The notes: a model not told the origin generated them from the letters alone. A DNA stretch of 32,000 bases from Prochlorococcus sp. MIT 0801 (GCF_000757865.1 NZ_CP007754.1:1897204-1929203), one strand, 5' to 3'. Counted from the first letter of the stretch, positions 10,543 to 19,915 are shown. A program made the numbers and translations.

Positions 10543-11853
10543 TACTTTATTAAACTGTTTTAATGAATTATTGAAGCTCGTAGAATTATAAATCATACAT
10601 CTAAGACCTATCAATAATATCCAACCTAAGATATTTATTCTGCTATCAAAAAGTGGAATGTCTGTCGCATGAAAACAAATAAGAATTAATGTCGAGGTCC
10701 ACCAAGCTCGATCTACTATTATATTTTTTTGAAGATTTAAATTGTTAAATATTCTCTTGAAGGAAGAAATTAATAATAAGCTAAATACAAATATATTAAT
10801 TAAAAAAGAAACTATTATACCATGACTAATTGCTAATTCTAAAGGCAAATTATGAGAGTGACCATGAGATAAACCAGTTCTTAAAGGATAAATAATTGAA
10901 AAAGCTGCTGCCCCCCAACCCAACCATGGTTTTTCAAAAATTAAGTTAAATGCTATTTTCCATTGACCAATACGCGTTGCTTCAAAAGGTCTAGTATCAA
11001 CGAATTGCATATCATTTAGTCTCATCCAAATAGATTCAGGAACAATACTTCTTGCAAATTGTTGAATCCCAAAATCAAAAAATGGTGCAACCGCAATAAT
11101 CACCGGAAGAAAGCAAATAAGCATTAAAGGAATTAACCAACTCCATGATGCTGAACCAAAAACCAATGGTAAAGCTAAAAAAATTGCACCCCAGGCGTTT
11201 CGAGAATCAGTCAAAATCATTCCTGAAATAAAAGCAATTAAAAGTGCACATGGAATAGCACGGTTTCTTCCAAGAATAAAAGGATGCAAAACGGACGCTA
11301 AACAAAATGGCCATACGCCCGATAACCATGCAGCAGCAATATTCGCGTAATCAAACAACCCAGATAATCTGCCTAACGGCTCTCCTCCTGGAGAAATAAA
11401 CCAAATTATTAAACCATCAAAAATCTGCCAAGGCCCCTCCCATCCAAGCCATAGTTGACCAAAACCTGTTATTAAAACAGGAAGACTTCCGAAGACAAGC
11501 CAAGAAGCACATTTTTTTCTTCTTTCAGGAGTAAGCAAATATGGTTGCAAGCCCCAAAAACACAAGAAGAATGGGAACCAATTAAAAAGACCAAGCCAAG
11601 CTAGCCAGCCGGTATGAGAGCGAATTGAACCAATTATCATCAAAAAAGTTACAAGCACTAGCGGATAATTCCAATATTCCCTCCAATAGAGATCTCTTCT
11701 TTTAAGACCTCCCTCCAAAAGAGCTACAAGCAAAAATACACAAGAAATTAATGCGCTGGACGGCAAACAAAAGACACCTAACTGAAAACAAGTCCAGCCA
11801 AGATTCTCTGAAAAATTATTTTTTAAATTTAAGAAATAAGCATTATTAATCAT
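10534..11853 (-). CDS. O-antigen ligase/polymerase (Wzy_C) domain membrane protein, IctB-like
   Basis: 439 aa with at least 10 hydrophobic helices. 'LTDSRNAWGAIF', 'KPWLGWGAAAFSIIYPL' and 'HSHNLPLELAISHG' resemble the Wzy_C/RfaL/IctB signature regions. The ATG overlaps the purU stop (ATGA). The 3' end overlaps the ClC 3' end by 9 nt. Confidence 0.6.
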   Translation of the reverse strand: MINNAYFLNLKNNFSENLGWTCFQLGVFCLPSSALISCVFLLVALLEGGLKRRDLYWREYWNYPLVLVTFLMIIGSIRSHTGWLAWLGLFNWFPFFLCFWGLQPYLLTPERRKKCASWLVFGSLPVLITGFGQLWLGWEGPWQIFDGLIIWFISPGGEPLGRLSGLFDYANIAAAWLSGVWPFCLASVLHPFILGRNRAIPCALLIAFISGMILTDSRNAWGAIFLALPLVFGSASWSWLIPLMLICFLPVIIAVAPFFDFGIQQFARSIVPESIWMRLNDMQFVDTRPFEATRIGQWKIAFNLIFEKPWLGWGAAAFSIIYPLRTGLSHGHSHNLPLELAISHGIIVSFLINIFVFSLLLISSFKRIFNNLNLQKNIIVDRAWWTSTLILICFHATDIPLFDSRINILGWILLIGLRCMIYNSTSFNNSLKQFNKVLN

Positions 11854-12704
11854 GTAAATACAGCTGTTCTACCTCTATAAACAATAACTTGTCTTTTTAA
11901 ATGTAATCTTAAAGCTCTTGCTAAAGCGACTCGCTCCAAATCTCTACCCTTTCTTATTAAATCTGATACTTCATCACGATGACTCACGTTAGATATCGTC
12001 TGTTCAATTATCGGACCAGCATCAAGATCCTTAGTGACATAATGCGCTGTTGCACCAATTAATTTTACTCCTCTATCCCAAGCTTGATGATATGGTTGAG
12101 CCCCTTTAAAAGCAGGAAGGAAAGAATGATGAATATTAATGAGATGTGGAAACTTCTCTAAAAATGAACTACTTAAAATTTGCATATATTTAGCCAAAAC
12201 ACCTAAATCAATGTTGTACTCATTTAGTAAATCTAAAATTTTACTTTCGGAATCTGCTTTATTATTTTTATCTACTTCTATAAGCTTAAAAGGAATAGAG
12301 AAACTGGAGCAAATTTCCTCTAAATCTGTATGATTTGAGATAACTAAAGGTACATTCATACATAATTCGCCTGCCTTAACTCTCCATAAAAGATCAACTA
12401 AACAATGGCTCTGCTTACTAACAAAGATTGCAACATTAGGAAAATCATCAGAGAAGCTCAAGACCGCTTTTCCATTCAATCTTTGCTCAAGTAAATTTAC
12501 CTCCGAGATAATTTCATTTTTATCAAGCAGAAATCCATCTAAATCCCACTCAATGCGACTGAGAAACAGTTTTGCATCTTCATCTGTATGGTGATCAGCA
12601 TGTCTAATATTGCCATTTTTACTTGCTATCCAACTTGCCAAATCACTTACAAGTCCTGGCTTGTCAGGACAAATGAACTGCAAAATAACTGTTTTGATGC
12701 TCAC
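11850..12704 (-). CDS. purU: formyltetrahydrofolate deformylase
   Basis: 284 aa. N-terminal ACT-like region 'ILQFICPDKPGLVSDLASWI' and formyltransferase core 'INIHHSFLPAFKGAQPYHQA'. Forced GTG start at 12704. Confidence 0.92.
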   Translation of the reverse strand: MSIKTVILQFICPDKPGLVSDLASWIASKNGNIRHADHHTDEDAKLFLSRIEWDLDGFLLDKNEIISEVNLLEQRLNGKAVLSFSDDFPNVAIFVSKQSHCLVDLLWRVKAGELCMNVPLVISNHTDLEEICSSFSIPFKLIEVDKNNKADSESKILDLLNEYNIDLGVLAKYMQILSSSFLEKFPHLINIHHSFLPAFKGAQPYHQAWDRGVKLIGATAHYVTKDLDAGPIIEQTISNVSHRDEVSDLIRKGRDLERVALARALRLHLKRQVIVYRGRTAVFT

Positions 12705-12784
12705 TATAGCTATATCCTTAAACTATTCTCTTTTTTAGACCACAGATTGAAAATTAACAAGCAAATTTGATAGGATCTCTGCAA

Positions 12785-13891
12785 ATGAATAGCCAAAAAA
12801 CAGAAAAAAAACACATCAAAATCTCAATTATTGGTGGTGGGATAGCAGGAATTACAACTGCCTTTCACTTAGGGAAAAAAGGTTATCAAGTAAATTTAAT
12901 AGACCCAACATTAAATTCAGAAATAAATAATTTAAATCCAAAAAATGGATCACAAGCTAGTTTAGGTGTTCTCATGGGAAATATCTACAAAAGATCAAAA
13001 GGAAGAGCTTTTTTACTAAGAAATAAAAGTATGAAATTATGGAAAGAATGGCTTACTGAAATAAACCATTCTGAGACAGATTTTATTCTTGAAAAACCAT
13101 TAATTAAATTAGCAAGTTCAGAGAAAGAGTATCAATTAATGATTGAATTAAGTCATAATAAAAAAAAGTATGGAATTGAGCTTTTAGATAAAAATTCTTT
13201 AGGTTTCTGGAATTCGATATTTGATACAACCTTAATAGGGGGATTAATATCTTATGAAGATGGTCGATTAAATCCGATAAAATTAATCAAGTCATTGATA
13301 CAAAGTCTTGATCAAATTAAGATAAATAAAATCGACAAAAGTGTTATTAGAATCAGTAGAAATAAAAATTTAAATGAAAAAAACTGGACTATAAATCTTG
13401 ACAATAATCAATCTATTAATCAAGATTACATCGTCATTTGTTCTGCATTAAATACTCAAAATTTATTAAAACCATTAGGTCATGAAATACTTTTAGAACC
13501 AATATTAGGACAAGTTGTTGAATTAGAATTAAAAAAAGAAATTTCGAATTGGAAAAAATGGCCTGCAATATTAAATTATCAATCTATAAACTTTATACAC
13601 CATTCTCCCACTCGCATTCTTATAGGAGCAACTATCGAAAGAAGAACTAAACCAAGCCAATTAGATAAGCAAAAAATGTTAAACCTGAGAAACGGTCCTC
13701 CAAAATGGATGGTCAACGCAAAAATCAGCCATGAATGGAGCGGAATAAGAGCTAGACCAATTAATGAACCTGCTCCCTTATTAAAACAATTAGAACCTGG
13801 ACTACTACTTAATACAGGTCACTACAGAAATGGTGTTTTATTAGCTCCTGCTTGTGCCGAATGGATTGGACTTCAAATTGAGGGCCAATAA
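12785..13891 (+). CDS. thiO: FAD-dependent oxidoreductase of the DAO family, ThiO (glycine oxidase)-like
   Basis: Rossmann dinucleotide motif 'ISIIGGGIAGITTAFHLGKKGYQV'. The C-terminal 'GHYRNGVLLAPACAEWI' is typical of ThiO/DAO enzymes. ATG 12785 is preferred over TTG 12767. Very AT-rich and Lys/Asn-rich. Confidence 0.65.
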   Translation: MNSQKTEKKHIKISIIGGGIAGITTAFHLGKKGYQVNLIDPTLNSEINNLNPKNGSQASLGVLMGNIYKRSKGRAFLLRNKSMKLWKEWLTEINHSETDFILEKPLIKLASSEKEYQLMIELSHNKKKYGIELLDKNSLGFWNSIFDTTLIGGLISYEDGRLNPIKLIKSLIQSLDQIKINKIDKSVIRISRNKNLNEKNWTINLDNNQSINQDYIVICSALNTQNLLKPLGHEILLEPILGQVVELELKKEISNWKKWPAILNYQSINFIHHSPTRILIGATIERRTKPSQLDKQKMLNLRNGPPKWMVNAKISHEWSGIRARPINEPAPLLKQLEPGLLLNTGHYRNGVLLAPACAEWIGLQIEGQ

Positions 13892-13907
13892 GTATTATTT
13901 AATCTAT

Positions 13908-15800
13908 TTATTTTGTCTCTGTAAAGTCAGCATCAATAACATCATCTCCATCAACTTTACCGTCAGTATTAGAATCTGCAGCAGCTTGAGAAGCATCATT
14001 TGCTTGTTGATATACAGAAGCTCCTAACGAATACAATTCTTGTTGTAGCTCTTCAACTAGCGTCTTCATGGTTTCATGATCATCTTTTTCAGTGGCTTCT
14101 TTTAACTTGACGCGTTTCTCTTCAACTTTTTCTTTTGCTGCTTCATCAACTTTATCGCCAAGCTCAGCGATTTGTTTTTCAGCCTGATAAACAAGTGTTT
14201 CAGCTTGATTTTTAATATCAATTTTTTCACGCTTTTCTTTATCAGCAGAAGCATTCTTTTCTGCGTCTTTAACCATTTTATCAACTTCATTATCCGACAA
14301 AGTAGATGCTCCAGTAATAGAGATGCTTTGCTCTTTACCACTTCCTTTATCTTTTGCATTAACACTAAGAATTCCATTAGCATCGATATCAAAAGTTACT
14401 TCAATTTGCGGCACGCCCCTAGGAGCAGGAGGAATTCCATCTAAACGAAATGTTCCTAGACTTTTATTATCAGAAGCCATCTCACGTTCTCCTTGTAAGA
14501 CGTGAATTTCCACATTGGTTTGACCATCAACTGCGGTTGAATAAGTTTCAGCTTTTTTAGTGGGAACAGTAGTATTTCTTGAAATCATTTTTGTCATCAC
14601 CCCACCCAAAGTTTCAACTCCAAGTGACAATGGAGTTACATCAAGTAGCAAAATATCTTTAACTTCTCCGGCAAGAACTCCACCTTGAATAGCTGCTCCA
14701 ACCGCTACTACTTCATCTGGATTAACTGTTTGATTTGGATCCTTAGTAGTTACTCTTTTTACTAACTCTTTAACAGCTGGCATTCGTGTAGAGCCTCCAA
14801 CCATAACAATCTCATCTATTTCACCAGTAGATAATTTTGCATCTTTCAAAGCTTGCTCAACAGGGACCCTGCAGCGATCAATAAGGTTTGACGCCAACTC
14901 TTCAAACTTTCCTCTTGTAAGAGTCAAATCAAGATGCTTAGGCCCTTCAGGCGTAGCAGTTATAAATGGAAGATTTATTTCGCTTTGAGTAGCGTTTGAT
15001 AATTCTATTTTAGCTTTTTCAGCTGCTTCAGTTAGGCGTTGAAGTGCTTGCTTATCTTGGCGTAAATCAATGCCTTCATTACCTTTAAAAGTAGAAGCCA
15101 AATGATCAACAATTACTCTATCGAAATCATCACCACCCAAATGAGTATCTCCAGAAGTAGAGAGAACTTCGAAAACTCCATCTCCCACTTCTAAAACAGA
15201 TACATCAAAGGTCCCTCCACCCAGATCGAAAACTAAAATTCTTTCATTACTCTTTTTATCTAAACCGTACGCTAAAGCAGCAGCAGTTGGTTCATTTATT
15301 ATTCTAAGAACTTCTAAGCCTGCAATCTTTCCAGCATCTTTAGTTGCTTGTCTTTGTGAATCATTGAAGTAAGCAGGAACTGTAATGACGGCTTGAGTAA
15401 CCGTTTCACCTAAATATTTTCCTGCATCATCAGAAAGTTTTCTTAAAACTTGAGCACTTACTTCTTCAGGAGAAAACTGCTTATCGAGTATTGGGCATTT
15501 TATTTTGACGTTGGAACCTGCTTTTTCAACTCCATAACTAACTTCTTTTGATTCATCATTTACTTCATCAACTCTACGACCAACAAATCTCTTTGAAGAA
15601 TAAAAAGTATTTTCAGGATTCATCACCGCTTGGCGCTTAGCAATTTGTCCAACCAATTGATCTTGATTTTTTGTATAAGCAACGACAGATGGAGTTGTTC
15701 TAAATCCTTCAGCATTAGCTATTACTGTAGGCTTACCGCCCTCCATAACGGCGACACAACTATTTGTAGTTCCTAGATCGATTCCGACAACCTTCCCCAT
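13908..15800 (-). CDS. dnaK: molecular chaperone DnaK (Hsp70)
   Basis: 630 aa. '[12 protein letters not shown]', '[12 protein letters not shown]' and '[10 protein letters not shown]'. AGGAG lies 10 nt upstream of the ATG. Confidence 0.97.
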   Translation of the reverse strand: MGKVVGIDLGTTNSCVAVMEGGKPTVIANAEGFRTTPSVVAYTKNQDQLVGQIAKRQAVMNPENTFYSSKRFVGRRVDEVNDESKEVSYGVEKAGSNVKIKCPILDKQFSPEEVSAQVLRKLSDDAGKYLGETVTQAVITVPAYFNDSQRQATKDAGKIAGLEVLRIINEPTAAALAYGLDKKSNERILVFDLGGGTFDVSVLEVGDGVFEVLSTSGDTHLGGDDFDRVIVDHLASTFKGNEGIDLRQDKQALQRLTEAAEKAKIELSNATQSEINLPFITATPEGPKHLDLTLTRGKFEELASNLIDRCRVPVEQALKDAKLSTGEIDEIVMVGGSTRMPAVKELVKRVTTKDPNQTVNPDEVVAVGAAIQGGVLAGEVKDILLLDVTPLSLGVETLGGVMTKMISRNTTVPTKKAETYSTAVDGQTNVEIHVLQGEREMASDNKSLGTFRLDGIPPAPRGVPQIEVTFDIDANGILSVNAKDKGSGKEQSISITGASTLSDNEVDKMVKDAEKNASADKEKREKIDIKNQAETLVYQAEKQIAELGDKVDEAAKEKVEEKRVKLKEATEKDDHETMKTLVEELQQELYSLGASVYQQANDASQAAADSNTDGKVDGDDVIDADFTETK

Positions 15801-15916
15801 GGGTGAGTAGCTCCTAATTTCTTTCTTTAGGACATATCCTCGTCAGTGAATCCTATTTGAGGCGAGGCGTGGTTCCCGAACAGTCTCTTAGCAAATTTAA
15901 ATCTTCATCATCAAAA

Positions 15917-16804
15917 ATGAGTACTATCACTGGAAAAACTAATCTGGTAGGACTTCTTGGACAACCAGTAAATCATTCACTGTCCCCAATTATGCACAAT
16001 GCCGCATATGCAGAAATGGGACTTGACTGGTGTTATGTTGCAATGCCTTGCGACAGTCAAGATTTAGAGAAAGTCGCAAAAGCATTAAGGTTTTTAAACT
16101 TCAAAGGCTTAAATATAACTATTCCCCATAAGCAAGAGGTATTGAAGGCTTGCAACAAACTAACTGAAATTGCAAATGAAATCCAAGCAGTTAATACACT
16201 TATACCTGAAAAAAATAATCAATGGATAGGTGCTAATACTGATGTGCAGGGATTCTTGACACCATTAAAAGATCACAATTTAAAGAATAAAAATGTGGTT
16301 GTAATAGGTTGCGGAGGCAGCGCTAGAGCAGTAGTAATGGGATTAAGCAGTTTAAATGTTAAAAAAATAACAATAATTGGTAGAAACAAAAGTACTTTAA
16401 ATATTTTTGTAAAAAGCACGAGTAATTTATTATCAAAAAAAGGTATTTCAATTGAAAGTATTAATAATAAAGAATTCAATGTTTCACCATATATTCAAGA
16501 AGCCGATTTAATTATAAATACAACTCCAATAGGAATGAGTAGCACTCAAACTAAACAAGACAATGTTCCTCTTGGTCATGAAATATGGGACTGTCTCTCT
16601 AACAAAACTATTTTATACGATTTGATTTATACTCCAAAACCAACAACCTGGTTAAAAATTGGACAACAAAAGAATTGTTTTACACTTGATGGGTTGGATA
16701 TGCTTGTTGAACAAGGAGCTTTTTCAATAAGACTTTGGAGTGGTTTTCATGACGTACCGGTTCAGACAATGAAATCATCTGCGGAAAAACATTTAATGGT
16801 TTAA
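15917..16804 (+). CDS. aroE: shikimate 5-dehydrogenase
   Basis: 'LVGLLGQPVNHSLSPIMHNAAY' and the NADP motif 'VIGCGGSARAV'. The ORF track opens at TTG 15857, but homologous N-termini begin just before the LxGLLG motif, so ATG 15917 is preferred. Confidence 0.9.
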   Translation: MSTITGKTNLVGLLGQPVNHSLSPIMHNAAYAEMGLDWCYVAMPCDSQDLEKVAKALRFLNFKGLNITIPHKQEVLKACNKLTEIANEIQAVNTLIPEKNNQWIGANTDVQGFLTPLKDHNLKNKNVVVIGCGGSARAVVMGLSSLNVKKITIIGRNKSTLNIFVKSTSNLLSKKGISIESINNKEFNVSPYIQEADLIINTTPIGMSSTQTKQDNVPLGHEIWDCLSNKTILYDLIYTPKPTTWLKIGQQKNCFTLDGLDMLVEQGAFSIRLWSGFHDVPVQTMKSSAEKHLMV

Positions 16805-16826
16805 TCTAAAATAAATATGATTAATT

Positions 16827-17285
16827 ATGCCTTCAACAGGAGCGAGATTACTAGCATTTCTTTTGTACATGATTCCATGGTCTGATTCTCTTACCTTTGG
16901 CAATCATTTATATATAAAATATCCTTTTATTCAAATCATTCAAATACCAGCAATTCCAATAATATTAATTGAAAGATCAATACCTTTTGGAAGTTTATTA
17001 TTATTTTTAGCTATCTTTTTTGGACTAGTAAGAAATAGTAAATTATCTTACTTTTTACGTTTTAATGCACTTCAATCATTATTAATGAATCTTGGGGTAA
17101 TCATAATTAGTTTTATTTTCGAAATTATTTTTAGTCCTTTCTCAAACTCATTAATTATCAGAACTTTCTCTAGTTCTTTATTAATAAGTATTTTTGCAAT
17201 GATTGTTTACTCTGTTTGGTCTTGCACACAAGGAAATGAGCCCAACCTGCCCGGAATAAGCCAAGCAGCAAAAATGCAATTGTGA
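16827..17285 (+). CDS. Tic20 / Ycf60-family membrane protein
   Basis: 152 aa with 4 hydrophobic segments. 'ARLLAFLLYMIPW' and 'FLRFNALQSLLMNL' match the Tic20-family pattern (YLLP ... FVRFNAxQA). Confidence 0.65.
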   Translation: MPSTGARLLAFLLYMIPWSDSLTFGNHLYIKYPFIQIIQIPAIPIILIERSIPFGSLLLFLAIFFGLVRNSKLSYFLRFNALQSLLMNLGVIIISFIFEIIFSPFSNSLIIRTFSSSLLISIFAMIVYSVWSCTQGNEPNLPGISQAAKMQL

Positions 17286-17300
17286 AAGTTACCACTTCAG

Positions 17301-17306
17301 TATAAT
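17301..17306 (+). promoter_or_regulatory. candidate -10 hexamer (perfect TATAAT) for rpsF
   Basis: TATAAT lies 55 nt upstream of the rpsF ATG, just after the Tic20-like stop. The -35-like TTGTGA at 17280-17285 has a 15-nt spacer. No experimental support. Confidence 0.4.
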
Positions 17307-17361
17307 ATTAATATTCCGTCGCTCTAAAAGAGCCATACAGTCCTAGTCGGAAATCTCATTC

Positions 17362-17778
17362 ATGTCTGAAAAACCCTATTACGAAACGATGTACATTCTT
17401 CGTCCGGACATACCGGAAGAGGAAGTTGATAGCCATTTAAAAAAATATAGTGAGATTCTTGAGAAATCAGGAACTGAAGTATTAGACAGTCAAATGAGAG
17501 GCAAAAGAAGACTTGCTTATCCCATTGCAAAACACAAAGAGGGAATATATGTGCAATTGAGTCACAAAGGCAATGGACAACAAGTTGCAACATTAGAAAG
17601 AGCTATGAGGTTAAGTGAAGACGTTATTCGCTACCTCACAGTTAAACAAGATGGTCCTTTGCCAACTCCAAAATCCACTGCTAAAGAAGACGAAACAGAA
17701 AAAGAAGAAGTAAAACCTACTGAAAACAAAACTGAAGCCCCTACCACAGACGAGAAGAAAGAAGACTCTAAGGAATAA
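17362..17778 (+). CDS. rpsF: 30S ribosomal protein S6
   Basis: '[17 protein letters not shown]' and 'GKRRLAYPI' form a typical S6 core of about 98 aa. A 40-aa Glu/Lys/Thr-rich C-terminal tail follows (aa 99-138). Confidence 0.95.
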   Translation: MSEKPYYETMYILRPDIPEEEVDSHLKKYSEILEKSGTEVLDSQMRGKRRLAYPIAKHKEGIYVQLSHKGNGQQVATLERAMRLSEDVIRYLTVKQDGPLPTPKSTAKEDETEKEEVKPTENKTEAPTTDEKKEDSKE

Positions 17779-17814
17779 AAGTAAAAGCTAAATAAAATCC
17801 AAAAATTATTTAAT

Positions 17815-19017
17815 TTACTTGTTTATCCAAGACCAAATTCGATTGGGCAATCCCCATACATAAATAAATCCTTCAGCTGATTTGTGATTAAACTTATCCT
17901 CACTTCCGTAAGTCGACATATCTGAGATATACAAACTGTTTTCTTTTGACTTGCGACCAATAACATCAGCATTACCCTTGAAAAGCCTAACTCTGACTGT
18001 TCCATTTACTTGCTTTTGAGAATAATTAATAAAGCCATCCAAAGATTCTTTTAAAGGACTAAACCAGAAACCTTTATAAACCAAGTCAGCCCACTGTCTT
18101 TCCAGTCTAGATTTAGTATCTAACAAGTCAGCTGGTAAAGTTAAACTCTCCATTTCTTGATGAGCTTTAATTAATAAAAGCAATCCTGGTGTTTCATAAA
18201 TTTCTCGACTTTTTATTCCCACTACTCTGTCTTCAATAATATCCAACCGTCCAAAACCATGCTTTCCTGCGAGGCTATTAGCCTTTTTAATCAATGGCAC
18301 TGGATCCATTAGTTCACCATCAATTGCAACTGGATAACCATTTTCAAACAAAATGTCCACAATCTCAGGCTCGTTAGGTGATTCAGCAATAGAAGAAGTG
18401 ATACCAAATACTTCTTCTAATGGCATCTCAAAGGGATCTTCAAGCGGACCGGCTTCAATACTTCTTCCCAAAAGATTCAAATCAATAGAGTATGGATTTT
18501 TTTTACTTACAGGAGGGACTATTCCATATTTTTCCCCATACGCAATCGTTTCTTCACGACTCATTCCCCATTCCCTCGCTGGCGTAAGCAATTGCAAATC
18601 AGGCGCTAAAGCTCCTATTGTCACATCAAAACGAACCTGATCATTGCCTTTGCCTGTACACCCATGAGCAACTCCATCAGCATTTAATTCCCTTGCAATT
18701 TCAACAAGTTTTTTTGCAATTAATGGTCTAGCTAATGCCGTTGAAAGAGGATATCTTCCCTGATACAAAGCATTAGTCCTAATTGCTGGAAAAGCAAAAT
18801 CTTCAATAAAAGGCTTTACTAAATCGCCAATTAATGATTTTGAGGCTCCTGCTGAAATAGCCTTTTTTTTAATTTCATCCAACTCATCACCTTGTCCAAG
18901 ATCTGCTGCAAAAGCAATTACATGCTCAACTCCGTACTCCTTCTTCAAATAAGGAATACAAACGCTAGTATCTACCCCTCCTGAATAAGCCAAAACGACT
19001 TTGTTAGCCTTTCCCAT
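17815..19017 (-). CDS. argG: argininosuccinate synthase
   Basis: '[13 protein letters not shown]' and '[14 protein letters not shown]'. ATG 19017 is preceded by AAGGAG (19026-19031) at 8-nt spacing, so the TTG 19044 extension in the ORF track is unlikely. Confidence 0.95.
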   Translation of the reverse strand: MGKANKVVLAYSGGVDTSVCIPYLKKEYGVEHVIAFAADLGQGDELDEIKKKAISAGASKSLIGDLVKPFIEDFAFPAIRTNALYQGRYPLSTALARPLIAKKLVEIARELNADGVAHGCTGKGNDQVRFDVTIGALAPDLQLLTPAREWGMSREETIAYGEKYGIVPPVSKKNPYSIDLNLLGRSIEAGPLEDPFEMPLEEVFGITSSIAESPNEPEIVDILFENGYPVAIDGELMDPVPLIKKANSLAGKHGFGRLDIIEDRVVGIKSREIYETPGLLLLIKAHQEMESLTLPADLLDTKSRLERQWADLVYKGFWFSPLKESLDGFINYSQKQVNGTVRVRLFKGNADVIGRKSKENSLYISDMSTYGSEDKFNHKSAEGFIYVWGLPNRIWSWINK

Positions 19018-19025
19018 ATGGTTCT

Positions 19026-19031
19026 CTCCTT
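19026..19031 (-). promoter_or_regulatory. Shine-Dalgarno sequence (AAGGAG) of argG
   Basis: The minus strand reads AAAGGAGAGAACCAT-ATG. This is one of the few clear SD sequences in the window. Confidence 0.5.
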
Positions 19032-19148
19032 TAAGGTGATTCAATTCTATTTAGTAAATATAGAGAACTATTGGACAATATTTATGATTTAGAGAATCAA
19101 TGCTGATTCAAATATTTTACAGGTTTAAAACTGGAGAAGTGATTGAAA

Positions 19149-19361
19149 TCATTCCCATGGCTGCTTAATAGATTTTCCTGATTGACGGCTTTCATTTAAG
19201 AATCCTATGAACCACACCGAAACAAAAGCTAAAGAAGTTAACCCAAAAAAAACAAGTACATAAATTAACCAAGCATCAATATTATGACCAAAAATCAACA
19301 AATCTTGGACATCATTATTAGTAGTGAAAATAAAATAAAACTGTAAAAACTTAAAAGTCAC
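19149..19361 (-). CDS. hypothetical small membrane protein (70 aa from GTG, about 50 aa if TTG 19301 or 19298 is used)
   Basis: One long hydrophobic helix 'AWLIYVLVFFGLTSLAFVSVWFIGFL' followed by a polar tail. No recognisable family. Start uncertain. Confidence 0.35.
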   Translation of the reverse strand: MTFKFLQFYFIFTTNNDVQDLLIFGHNIDAWLIYVLVFFGLTSLAFVSVWFIGFLNESRQSGKSIKQPWE

Positions 19362-19374
19362 TTGAAAATCACAA

Positions 19375-19581
19375 TTAAATTGAAGGGTTTAAAGAAAAAG
19401 ATCTCTTAACCAAAAAATAAATTAAAAGCAACAGAGAAGGACCAAAAACCAAAAACCAAACTAAGAGATGATTTACGTAAAAGGGATGAGGATGAGCAAT
19501 GCCTGCTGCGCGAAGAGAAATACTTACTAAAAAAGCTATTAACCAAGTCAAAGACATTAATATCAGCTTTGAAGTCAGCAT
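19375..19581 (-). CDS. hypothetical small membrane protein (68 aa, 2 TM)
   Basis: ATG start. Two hydrophobic helices separated by 'RAAGIAHPHPFYVNH'. Lys/Arg residues at both termini suggest a hairpin topology. No recognisable family. Confidence 0.45.
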   Translation of the reverse strand: MLTSKLILMSLTWLIAFLVSISLRAAGIAHPHPFYVNHLLVWFLVFGPSLLLLIYFLVKRSFSLNPSI

Positions 19582-19600
19582 AAAGATTAGAAAATTAATC

Positions 19601-19614
19601 CATAATGCATTATG
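19601..19614. promoter_or_regulatory. 14-nt perfect palindrome CATAATGCATTATG (back-to-back -10-like hexamers) in a divergent spacer
   Basis: Read directly from the sequence. It presents CATAAT on both strands between the 68-aa ORF (-) and the DUF3134-like gene (+). Confidence 0.3.
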
Positions 19615-19639
19615 TTAATTCATCGACCATAATATTGAT

Positions 19640-19915
19640 ATGAGCGATCTAGAAAAAATCAATTTATCAGATTTAGACGGTATTAACCCCGCGCTAACTC
19701 GTTACGGGAGAGAAGAACCTGCTCCTGTTCTGCCACTAAGAGAAGAACCCGATTTATTATCTTGGCTAGAAACAAGTGGAAGATTAGTCTCTGATCAAGA
19801 TTCAAATGATCAAGAAATAAGTACAGTTGAGGAAGAAGAGCTTTCAGCTTTAATGGGAGAAAAAGAAGACTATAAGACTGAAGAAGAACCAACCGATGAA
19901 GAATGGGAAGATTAA
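19640..19915 (+). CDS. DUF3134-like cyanobacterial protein (acidic C-terminus)
   Basis: 91 aa. 'NPALTRYGREEPAPVLPLREEPDLLSWLETSGRL' matches my recollection of the DUF3134 consensus (NPxL..EP...A.V.PL.....L..WLE..GRL). Family assignment is from memory only. Confidence 0.6.
   Translation: MSDLEKINLSDLDGINPALTRYGREEPAPVLPLREEPDLLSWLETSGRLVSDQDSNDQEISTVEEEELSALMGEKEDYKTEEEPTDEEWED

Noticed and set aside
15813-15819. A recurrent AATTAGG heptamer in gene orientation upstream of dnaK, sps (23529-23535) and the sigma gene (3555-3564) as a shared regulatory motif.
   Set aside because: It lies at very different distances from the three starts. In dnaK it is simply the SD region. Three occurrences of a 7-mer in AT-rich spacers are not significant.
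15857-15916. N-terminal extensions in the ORF track: aroE from TTG 15857, argG from TTG 19044, ppk from TTG 1350 and thiO-like from TTG 12767.
   Set aside because: Conserved N-terminal motifs begin right after the downstream ATGs. argG has an AAGGAG correctly spaced before ATG 19017. The aroE extension would read through the dnaK promoter region.
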